This document shows positions 26,516 to 33,015 of a DNA stretch of 33,015 nt, one piece after another (position 1 is the first letter of the stretch; each line of letters begins with the position of its first letter). This DNA comes from Mycobacteriales bacterium. GTDB taxonomy: Bacteria > Actinomycetota > Actinomycetes > Mycobacteriales > SCTD01. A program made the position numbers and the translations under genes. The notes below the pieces were generated by a model. That model was not told where the DNA came from. It saw only the letters and a list, made by a program, of their open reading frames with translations, and did no database searches. Location: the NCBI GenBank assembly GCA_035554015.1, contig DATMJH010000009.1:1-33015 (forward strand), given 5' to 3'.

Positions 26516-27402
26516 GACTCGTCGTCGGAGCGGCGCCGCAGCAGCCGCGCGCCGGGCAGGCCGGTCACGACGCGGTGCAGGTCCTCGACGATCGTCAGCA
26601 GCTCGTGCAGCTCCGGCCCGACATCGCGCATCTGCCGGATCACCGGCAGCAGGTCCTCGTCGACAGCGGCCAGCAGCAGCGGCAGCCGGTCGACCAGGTG
26701 CACCGCGGCGTCGACCTCGTGCGGCTCGAGCGTCTCGGACATCCGCTCGAGCACCGGGAGCAGCCGCTCCATCGGCGGTGACAGGGCCGCGAGCAGCCGG
26801 AGCGCCCGCGTGACGGCCTCGTCGGCGCCCTCGAGAGTGCCGCCGACGCGCTCGACCGCGCCCTCGGCGCCGGTCAGCACGCCGCCCACCCGGTCGACGG
26901 CGGCCTCGGCTCCGTCGACGACGCCGGCCACCCGCGCGACGGTCCGGTCGGCTCCGTCGACGACACCGCCGACCCGCGCGACGGTCCGGTCGGCGCCGTC
27001 GACGACGCCGCTCACGCGGTCCACCGCCCGCGCCGCACCGTCGACGACACCGGTGGCGCGCGCGACGGCGCTGTCCGCGTCGCGCAGCACGCGGTCGACG
27101 TCGCGCACGGCGGTGTCCGCGTCGTCGACGAGCGTGGTGGTCCGGTCGAGCAGCTGCTCGAGCCCGCCGACGAGCGGCTCGGCGCGGTCGACGACGTCAC
27201 CGGCACGGGCGGCCAGCGCGTCGATCCGGTCCACCGACGACTCCGCCCGGTCGAGCAGACCGTCGACCCGGTCGAGCGCCGTCTCGATCCGCGGGACGAG
27301 GGCCACGGCCCCCTGCACCGCGCCGGTGAGGCCGGCCACCGCGCCGGCGACGTCGCGCACCGCCTCGACGAGGTCGGACGGGCCCGGTATCGGCAGGCGC
27401 AC
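26512..27402 (-). CDS. acidic repeat protein (12 x 14-aa heptad-phased repeats), function unknown
   Basis: 296 aa from GTG 27402 with GGAGG 6 nt upstream. Repeat consensus is [VL][VL]DGA[DE]xxVxRVxG, followed by a ~95-aa non-repetitive Leu/Glu/Arg-rich C-terminal region. No hydrophobic TM segment. The stop shares CTAG with the convergent HTH gene. Confidence 0.7.
   Translation of the reverse strand: MRLPIPGPSDLVEAVRDVAGAVAGLTGAVQGAVALVPRIETALDRVDGLLDRAESSVDRIDALAARAGDVVDRAEPLVGGLEQLLDRTTTLVDDADTAVRDVDRVLRDADSAVARATGVVDGAARAVDRVSGVVDGADRTVARVGGVVDGADRTVARVAGVVDGAEAAVDRVGGVLTGAEGAVERVGGTLEGADEAVTRALRLLAALSPPMERLLPVLERMSETLEPHEVDAAVHLVDRLPLLLAAVDEDLLPVIRQMRDVGPELHELLTIVEDLHRVVTGLPGARLLRRRSDDES
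26797..27300 (-). repeat. 42-bp in-frame tandem repeats (12 units) inside the CDS
   Basis: Units are in phase from 26797. The two central units 26923-26964 and 26965-27006 are 38/42 identical, and the outer units are progressively more diverged. Confidence 0.85.
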
Positions 27403-27468
27403 GCGGGGCCTCCAGCGATCGGCAGGGGGGCTCCACCCTGCCGCACGCACCCCGGCCATGCTGAGCCG

Positions 27469-28725
27469 GTGCGCACCCTGAACGACTCGGCACTGGCCAC
27501 CGCGCTCGCCCGGCGACCGCCCGCCGGCGCCGACGGGCCGCGCGTCGTCGTCTCCGGCAACCACGCGGTGCCCTGGCAGGCCCTCGAGGTGCTCGACGGG
27601 GCGCTGCCGGCCTACCGGCTCTTCGTGCTGAACGCGCCGACCGGGCTGCCCGACCGCGACGGCGTCACCTACGAGACGCCGTTCGTCGGTGCCGGCATGC
27701 GCGACTCACCGCGGCTGCGCTACGTCCCGGCGCGGCTGTCGATGGTGCCGGTGCTGTTCACCACGACCCGGGTGCCCGACGTCGTGGTGCTGCACGTCTC
27801 CGCGCCGCGTGACGGCACGGTCAGCATGGGCACGGAGGTGAACGTGCTGCCCGCGGCTGTCGAGGCGGTGCGCGCACGTGGCGGGCTCGTCATCGCTCAG
27901 GTGAACCGGCAGATGCCGTTCACCTACGGAGACGGCGTGCTGGCGCTGTCGGAGGTCGACCTGGCCATCGAGGTCGACGAGCCGCTCACCTCGCCGGTAC
28001 CTCGTCCGCCCGACGAGACCTCTCGCGAGATCGGTGCTCGGGTCGCCGAGCTCGTCAGTCACGGTGCGACGCTGCAGCTCGGCATCGGTGGCGTGCCGGA
28101 CGCCGTGCTGGCCACCCTCACCGACCGGGGCTCGCTGAAGATCTGGACGGAGATGATCAGTGACGGCGTGCTCGCGCTCGACCGCGCCGGCGCGCTCGAC
28201 CCGGCGCACCCGATCACGACGTCGTTCCTGTTCGGGTCGCAGGAGCTGTACGCGTGGGTGGACGGCAACCCGCGGCTGCGGCTGCTGCGCACGGAGACGA
28301 CGAACGACCCGGCCATGATCGCCCGCCAGCACAAGATGACGAGCGTCAACACCGCGCTGCAGGTCGACCTGTTCGCGCAGGCGAACGCCTCGCGCCGACC
28401 CGATCGGCCCGGCCGCGTCTACAGCGGCTTCGGCGGCCAGACCGACTTCATCGTCGGCGCGCTGCACTCGCAGGGCGGCAAGGCGGTCATCGCGCTGCCG
28501 TCACTGCACCCCAAGGCCGGGGTGTCGACGGTCGTGCCGGCGCTGCAGGCGCCGGCGACGAGCTTCCAGCACTCGCACATCGTCACCGAGCAGGGCACGG
28601 CCCGGGTGTGGGGCGGCGACCAGGGGCAGCAGGCGCGCCAGCTCATCGAGAACGCCGCACACCCGTCGGTGCGCGACGACCTGCGCGACGCCGGCCGCTC
28701 GCTCGGGCTCCCGGTCGACCGCTGA
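27469..28725 (+). CDS. acetyl-CoA hydrolase/transferase family protein
   Basis: 418 aa from GTG 27469. GFGGQTDF motif, LQLGIGGVPDAV and TSVNTALQVDLFAQANAS are typical of the family. Confidence 0.9.
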   Translation: MRTLNDSALATALARRPPAGADGPRVVVSGNHAVPWQALEVLDGALPAYRLFVLNAPTGLPDRDGVTYETPFVGAGMRDSPRLRYVPARLSMVPVLFTTTRVPDVVVLHVSAPRDGTVSMGTEVNVLPAAVEAVRARGGLVIAQVNRQMPFTYGDGVLALSEVDLAIEVDEPLTSPVPRPPDETSREIGARVAELVSHGATLQLGIGGVPDAVLATLTDRGSLKIWTEMISDGVLALDRAGALDPAHPITTSFLFGSQELYAWVDGNPRLRLLRTETTNDPAMIARQHKMTSVNTALQVDLFAQANASRRPDRPGRVYSGFGGQTDFIVGALHSQGGKAVIALPSLHPKAGVSTVVPALQAPATSFQHSHIVTEQGTARVWGGDQGQQARQLIENAAHPSVRDDLRDAGRSLGLPVDR

Positions 28726-28727
28726 CC

Positions 28728-30026
28728 TCAGGCGTCGAAGCCGGGCAGCCACCGCCGCAGCACCGGTGCGACCTCGACCTCGGCCTCGAGCTGGCACAGC
28801 ACGCCGACGAGGCCGAGCCACACCCGGTGGGTGAACAGGTGCTCGGCCGGCAGGTCGAGGGTCAGTGCGACGGCGAACTCGGGGCTGCGGGGGTCGTTGA
28901 CGCGGGCGAACTCCGAGCGCAGCCACTCGCGCGTGAACCGGAACCGCTCGTGCCGGGCCGGCTCGGTGAACGGTGACATGTAGTCGACCAGCTTCGCCAC
29001 GTCGACGTCGACACCGGGCTGGACGAACCCCTCCTCCCGCAGTCGGCGCAGCACCTCGTCCGGGTCGTCACCGAGCAGCGCGGTGATGAGGCGGCCGAAC
29101 GTGGGCGGCATGCCGTCGGGCATCTCGAGCGACGACCCGAAGTCGAGGACGCCGAGCCGCCCGTCGTCCAGCACGCGGAAGTTGCCGGGATGCGGGTCGG
29201 TGTGCAGCAGCCCGGCGCGTTCCGGGCCGCTGACGATGAACCGCTGGTACAGCGCTCCGGCGCGGTCACGCTCCGGCCGTCCGGCAGAGCGCGCGACGGC
29301 GGCGAGCGGCGTGCCCTCGAGCCAGTCCATGACGAGCACGCGCGGGGTCGCGTGCACGACCCGCGGCACGACGACGTCGACGTCGTCGTCGTACGCGTCG
29401 GCGAACCTGCACTGCGTCCGTGCCTCGTGCTCGTAGTCGAGCTCCTCGGTGAGCCGGTCGCGCATCTCGGCGACGAGCGGCGGCAGGCTCAAACCGCGCG
29501 CGACCAGTGCTGCCGCGCGGCTCGCGGCTGACAGCGCGCGCACGTCGGCGGTCAGCGCCTCGCGCACGCCCGGGTACTGCAGCTTCACGGCCACCTCTCG
29601 GCCGTCTCGCCAGCGACCGCGGTGCACCTGTCCGAGCGACGCTGCCGCTGCGGCTCGCTCCTCGAGCTGCGGCAGCAGTGCCCGCCACTCACCGAGCTCG
29701 GCGCGCAGCACCGGCTCGACGTCGCGGAAGGGGAGCGGCTCGTTGCCCTCCTGGAGCCCGACGAGCGCGTCGCGCCAGGTGGCCTCGGGGTCTTGCGGGA
29801 ACAGCGCCTCGACCGTGCTGAGCAGCTGGCCCGCCTTGAGCGCGCCTCCCTTCATGTCCCCCAGCACGCGCCGGGTCCGGTCGGCGTTGCGGCGGCGGAG
29901 GTCCGACCGCACCTGCTCGGCGTCCTGCCCGACCAGCCGTCGCACCGCACCCTCGACGGCGAGCGCGCCGGCACCGGCGGGCAGCGACAGCAGCCGGGCT
30001 GTCCGGAGCGCTCGCGACGTCTGCAC
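28728..30026 (-). CDS. ABC1/AarF/UbiB-type atypical kinase family protein
   Basis: AAASLGQVHRGRWRDGREVAVKLQYPGV and LLHTDPHPGNFRV..DGRLGVLDFG are typical of ABC1 kinases. GTG 30026. Confidence 0.9.
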   Translation of the reverse strand: MQTSRALRTARLLSLPAGAGALAVEGAVRRLVGQDAEQVRSDLRRRNADRTRRVLGDMKGGALKAGQLLSTVEALFPQDPEATWRDALVGLQEGNEPLPFRDVEPVLRAELGEWRALLPQLEERAAAAASLGQVHRGRWRDGREVAVKLQYPGVREALTADVRALSAASRAAALVARGLSLPPLVAEMRDRLTEELDYEHEARTQCRFADAYDDDVDVVVPRVVHATPRVLVMDWLEGTPLAAVARSAGRPERDRAGALYQRFIVSGPERAGLLHTDPHPGNFRVLDDGRLGVLDFGSSLEMPDGMPPTFGRLITALLGDDPDEVLRRLREEGFVQPGVDVDVAKLVDYMSPFTEPARHERFRFTREWLRSEFARVNDPRSPEFAVALTLDLPAEHLFTHRVWLGLVGVLCQLEAEVEVAPVLRRWLPGFDA

Positions 30027-30063
30027 GTGACGATCCTGCCTGTGCGACGGGCGGCGCGCCGCG

Positions 30064-30552
30064 TCAGCCGACCAGGACGCCGATCAGCCAGGTGCCGACC
30101 ATGAGCACCGCCGCCACGAGCTCGGCGAGCAGCCCGAGCCCGATGGCCTTGATCACGCGCACCGTCGACTGACGCGACTGGGGCCCGGCGCCCAGCCGCT
30201 GCACCTCGCCGAGGTAGACGCCCAGCAGGCCGCCGATCAACAGCCCGAGCGGTGGCAGCACGACGAACCCGACGAGGGCGCCGATGCCCGCGTAGACCAG
30301 CGTGCGTCGCGGCAGGTCGCCCTTCATCCGCCGGCCGGGGAGCGCGTACTTGAGCACCGTGCCGACGACGAACAGGACGGTGAGCACTCCCGCGACGAGC
30401 CACCGGACCGCGCCGTCGTCGGCGACGAACAGCGCCCACGCGAGGCCGGCGACCAGGATGATGGACGTGCCGGGGAGCACGGGCACGACGACGCCCACGA
30501 GACCGACCAGCATGGCCAGTCCGACGAGAAGCGTCAGCGCGGCGTCGTCCAC
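30064..30552 (-). CDS. DUF456-like membrane protein
   Basis: 162 aa with four hydrophobic segments. VPVLPGTSIILVAG and LPPLGLLIGGLLGVYLGE match DUF456 as I recall it. The GTG start lies 4 nt after the TetR stop. Confidence 0.8.
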   Translation of the reverse strand: MDDAALTLLVGLAMLVGLVGVVVPVLPGTSIILVAGLAWALFVADDGAVRWLVAGVLTVLFVVGTVLKYALPGRRMKGDLPRRTLVYAGIGALVGFVVLPPLGLLIGGLLGVYLGEVQRLGAGPQSRQSTVRVIKAIGLGLLAELVAAVLMVGTWLIGVLVG

Positions 30553-30556
30553 GCCA

Positions 30557-31249
30557 TCAGCGTGTCAGACGGCGCCCGGACAGCTCGTCGACGATGTCCA
30601 TGGCGTCGTCCACCACCCCCCGCAGCACCCGGTAGCGGGAGAGATTCACCAGCCGGACGACGAGCGGCACGGTCCGGTCGACGAGGAAGCGGCTCCGCTC
30701 GACGTCGGTGGACCGGTCGTGGACCCAGTAGAGGACCACACCCATCGAGTACAGCCACAGCATCTCCGGCAGTCGCTCGCGCACGGCCGGTGTCACCTTC
30801 GCGTCCGAGCCGTGCAGCACCTCGGCGTACAGCGCGATGGCGGCGTCGCGCGCCGGCTGCGACTGCGGGCTGAACGGGCTCAGCGGGCTGTCCGGGTCCG
30901 CCGCGGTGCGGAAGAACGTCACCGCGAAGTCGTGGTACCGCCGGTTGGTGTCGAGCCACGCGTGCAGCACGCCGGACAGGCGCGCACCCAGGTCGCGCTC
31001 CCGGTCGAGCACCGGACGCGACGCAGCCAGGTGCTCGACCTGGCTGCGCTCGTAGAACGCCTGAACCAGGTGGTCCTTGCTGGCGAAGTAGTAGTACGCG
31101 TTGCCGAGCGAGACGCCGGCCGCCGCGGCGACGGCCCGCATCGTCGTGCCCTCGTAGCCCCGCTCCTCGAAGAGGCCGAGCGCGGCGTCGACGATGCGCG
31201 TGCGGGTCTGCTCGCCGCGCTCGCTGGTGTCAGGCCGGCGTGCAGCCAC
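30557..31249 (-). CDS. TetR/AcrR family transcriptional regulator
   Basis: HTH TTMRAVAAAAGVSLGNAYYYFASKDHLV. GTG 31249 with GAGGA upstream. It overlaps the upstream DCC gene by 20 nt. Confidence 0.9.
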   Translation of the reverse strand: MAARRPDTSERGEQTRTRIVDAALGLFEERGYEGTTMRAVAAAAGVSLGNAYYYFASKDHLVQAFYERSQVEHLAASRPVLDRERDLGARLSGVLHAWLDTNRRYHDFAVTFFRTAADPDSPLSPFSPQSQPARDAAIALYAEVLHGSDAKVTPAVRERLPEMLWLYSMGVVLYWVHDRSTDVERSRFLVDRTVPLVVRLVNLSRYRVLRGVVDDAMDIVDELSGRRLTR

Positions 31250-31625
31250 AGCTGTCCTCGTAGGTGCCCAGGGCCTTGCGGTGACGCGAGACGAACGACA
31301 CGACGGAGCGGGCCCTCGGCATGAGTGCCGGCGAGCTCAACCGCCGAGCCAGGGCCTGCCTTCCCTCGAGGGCCCACAGACACACGACCCAGGCCTTGGC
31401 GCCCACCCACACCTCGCCGCCGTCTCCCACGACGGTGAGGTCCTCCAGGGTCATGGCCGGGTCGAGGAACGGGTAGCGGTGACGCGCCTCGGGCGACGTG
31501 GCGGCGACGAACTCGATCGGGACCGCCTGCGGCTGCCGCTCCAGCCAGCCGCGTGCCGTGCGGCACAGGTTGCAGGATGCGTCGTACAGCACGGTGACGC
31601 GGCGAACAGCCCTGTCCGAGGTCAT
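31230..31625 (-). CDS. thiol-disulfide oxidoreductase DCC family (DUF393) protein
   Basis: VLYDASCNLCR (CxxC) near the N-terminus. ATG 31625 overlaps the upstream stop (ATGA); GTG 31640 is an alternative. Confidence 0.85.
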   Translation of the reverse strand: MTSDRAVRRVTVLYDASCNLCRTARGWLERQPQAVPIEFVAATSPEARHRYPFLDPAMTLEDLTVVGDGGEVWVGAKAWVVCLWALEGRQALARRLSSPALMPRARSVVSFVSRHRKALGTYEDSCGCTPA

Positions 31626-32035
31626 GCCGTCGGCGTCCACACCGCGTCCGGCTCGACGGGCGGGCGGTGAAGGGCCTGCATCCGGCTGCTCTGCACCGCG
31701 CGACGCCGGAGGTTGTTCAGCACGTACACGTTCCCGAGGTGCAGCGCACCCAGCACGAGCGCGACGGCACCGAGCTTCACCGACAGCGCCTCGAACGCGT
31801 CGGTCGTCGTGGTGACCTGGGTGCCGATGCGGAGTGCGAGCAGCACATAGCCGATGTTGACGAGGTAGAAGCCGACCACGAGCAACGAGTTCACGGCGGA
31901 GGCGAGGTCGTCGTCACCGGCGAAGACGTCGAGGAGGAAGACCTTGCCGTTGCGGAAGAGCGTCCGGCCGACCCAGACGGTGAGCGGGACGGCGAGCAGG
32001 ACGTACAGGGCGTAGGTGGCGGCGAGGTGGTTCAT
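31622..32035 (-). CDS. integral membrane protein (hypothetical), first gene of the operon
   Basis: 137 aa from ATG 32035 with GGAGGAG 7 nt upstream. Three hydrophobic segments (YALYVLLAVPLTVWV, LLVVGFYLVNIGYVLLAL, LGAVALVLGALHLG). Listed ORF extension 32036-32188 is rejected. Confidence 0.65.
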   Translation of the reverse strand: MNHLAATYALYVLLAVPLTVWVGRTLFRNGKVFLLDVFAGDDDLASAVNSLLVVGFYLVNIGYVLLALRIGTQVTTTTDAFEALSVKLGAVALVLGALHLGNVYVLNNLRRRAVQSSRMQALHRPPVEPDAVWTPTA

Positions 32036-32057
32036 GGCTGCGGCTCCTCCGCTCGAC

Positions 32058-32074
32058 TTGAACGTGTTCAGATC
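32058..32074 (-). promoter_or_regulatory. operator-like 17-mer, site 1 (contains TGAAC-GT-GTTCA)
   Basis: Plus strand TTGAACGTGTTCAGATC, 16/17 identical to 32115-32131. It overlaps the predicted transcription start. Confidence 0.5.
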
Positions 32075-32076
32075 GA

Positions 32077-32106
32077 ACGGTACGCCGGCGTGGGCGTCCA
32101 TCGCAA
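32077..32106 (-). promoter_or_regulatory. predicted promoter: -35 TTGCGA, 18-nt spacer, -10 TACCGT (minus strand)
   Basis: The minus strand reads TTGCGA-TGGACGCCCACGCCGGCG-TACCGT. The -10 hexamer matches the one recurring elsewhere in the window. The leader of ~35 nt carries an SD. Confidence 0.4.
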
Positions 32107-32114
32107 GGGCCATG

Positions 32115-32131
32115 TTGAACGCGTTCAGATC
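32115..32131 (-). promoter_or_regulatory. operator-like 17-mer, site 2 (perfect 12-bp palindrome TGAACGCGTTCA)
   Basis: Plus strand TTGAACGCGTTCAGATC. It lies 8 nt upstream of the predicted -35 and 57 bp from site 1. Confidence 0.5.
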
Positions 32132-32160
32132 CTGCGCGGGGACGCAGGTGGAGCCCCAGC

Positions 32161-32859
32161 TCAGACGGCGCAGCTCTCGTCGTCGCACGACGGTGCGCTG
32201 CCGGTGACCGTGACCAGGGAGCCCTCACGGTGCGCTGTCTCGAGGACCTGCTGCAGCAGTTCGGCCGGCTGCGCGCCCGAGACGCCGTAACGGCCGTCGA
32301 CGACGAAGAAGGGCACGCCGCTGATGCCGTAGGCTGCGGCCTGCGCCTCGTCGGCACGCACGGCGTCGGTGTAGCGATCGCTGGCGAGGACCGCTCGCGC
32401 CTCCTGGGCGTCGAGCCCCGCTTCCGCGACGACGGCGACGAGCGACTCGTGCTCGCTGACCCGCAGCCCCTCGGTGAAGGTCGCCCGGTCGAGGCGCTCC
32501 TTGACGGCGTCCTGCACGCCGCGCTCGAGCGCGAGGTGCAGCAGCCGGTGAGCGTCGAACGTGTTGCCGGGGCGGGCGAGGTCGAAGCGGAAGTCGAGCC
32601 CCTCGGCGGCAGCGGTCGCCGTCATGGTGTCGATCATCTGCTGGGCGTGGGGGAGTCCGCCGCCGTACTTGCGCGCGAGCCGCTCGGCGTAGTCGCCGGC
32701 GTGCTCCGGAGAGGGCGGCGCGTGCGGGTCGAGCTCGAACGACCGCCACACCAGCTCGACCTCGTCGCGGTGCGCGAACCGCTCCAGTGCCGCCTCGAAG
32801 CGCCGCTTCCCGATGTAGCACCACGGGCAGACGACGTCGGACCAGATCTCGACCTTCAT
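32161..32859 (-). CDS. DsbA family oxidoreductase (FrnE / HCCA-isomerase-like)
   Basis: MKVEIWSDVVCPWCYIGKRRFE (CPWC active site) and GISGVPFFVVDG. ATG 32859; GTG 32865 and TTG 32871 are in-frame alternatives. Confidence 0.9.
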   Translation of the reverse strand: MKVEIWSDVVCPWCYIGKRRFEAALERFAHRDEVELVWRSFELDPHAPPSPEHAGDYAERLARKYGGGLPHAQQMIDTMTATAAAEGLDFRFDLARPGNTFDAHRLLHLALERGVQDAVKERLDRATFTEGLRVSEHESLVAVVAEAGLDAQEARAVLASDRYTDAVRADEAQAAAYGISGVPFFVVDGRYGVSGAQPAELLQQVLETAHREGSLVTVTGSAPSCDDESCAV

Positions 32860-33015
32860 GTGCACGTGCAACTACCCGCCGCCATGGGCCATTCCCCGCC
32901 CCGGGCACGCCGCTCTCGCATGCGCGTGCTGGCCGATGCAGGCCGGGCGGGCGGCAGCTTCGAGAGGCCGGCGTGGGCTCACGGAAAGTTCTCGGCCGCA
33001 GGTGTTTACGAAGCG

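Noticed and set aside
26797-27300. Possible CRISPR array or non-coding tandem repeat, because of the strict 42-bp periodicity
   Set aside because: The units are contiguous with no spacers. The period is exactly 14 codons, in phase with a long ORF that has an SD-preceded start, GC3 bias and a non-repetitive C-terminal domain. No cas genes are nearby.
27403-27564. N-terminal extension of the repeat-protein ORF (listed start 27564; ATG 27459)
   Set aside because: The extension is Arg/Gly-rich and would overlap or abut the divergent acetyl-CoA hydrolase/transferase start at 27469. GTG 27402 has GGAGG at 6 nt.

Overview
This is a 33,015-bp window of very GC-rich DNA, roughly 70-75% G+C by eye (not computed), with GC3-saturated codons. 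Gene content points to an actinobacterial, probably Micrococcales-like, chromosome; I cannot name the species from sequence alone. Supporting genes are the HrpA helicase, type II citrate synthase, PAC2, DUF2203, an MmyB-like regulator, a DesK/NarL-type two-component pair, WXG-like proteins, and many GTG starts and ATGA/GTGA start-stop overlaps. I call 38 protein-coding genes, tightly packed on both strands; one is partial at the left edge and one appears frameshifted. They include FAD-dehydrogenase and crotonase, hrpA, acyl-CoA dehydrogenase, an MmyB-like regulator, SDR, an EspC-like/WXG-like pair, gltA, a MATE exporter, pirin, a histidine kinase and response regulator, TrmH, PAC2, and a CPBP protease. 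Further genes are a VOC/PhnB-like protein, flavodoxin-like protein, crotonase plus YbdK-type ligase, spermidine-synthase-like methyltransferase plus NUDIX, a small HTH protein, a 14-aa-repeat protein, and acetyl-CoA hydrolase/transferase. A minus-strand cluster runs DsbA/FrnE, membrane protein, DCC, TetR, DUF456, ABC1 kinase. I recognised no rRNA, tRNA, CRISPR array, transposase, integrase or phage gene. The many ORFs over 500 aa in the six-frame track are Arg/Ala/Pro-rich shadow frames of real genes. I do not see a convincing multi-gene defence, secretion or biosynthetic island, and the window reads as ordinary core chromosome. Seven items are most worth follow-up: (1) a leaderless EspC-like gene coupled to a WXG-motif membrane protein with no T7SS machinery in view; (2) an acidic 296-aa protein built from twelve 14-residue (42-bp) tandem repeats, with no aromatic, Lys, Asn or Cys residues; (3) a membrane-protein gene that changes frame near 9145-9165; (4) a TetR-containing thiol-redox operon with two 17-bp operator-like repeats bracketing a predicted promoter; (5) a recurrent TA(C/G/T)(C/G)GT hexamer exactly 6-7 nt upstream of seven start codons, implying leaderless mRNAs; (6) three low-GC or repeated palindromic intergenic elements; (7) an 11-nt direct repeat upstream of the two-component operon. 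All family assignments come from motifs I recognise by eye, and none was checked against a database.
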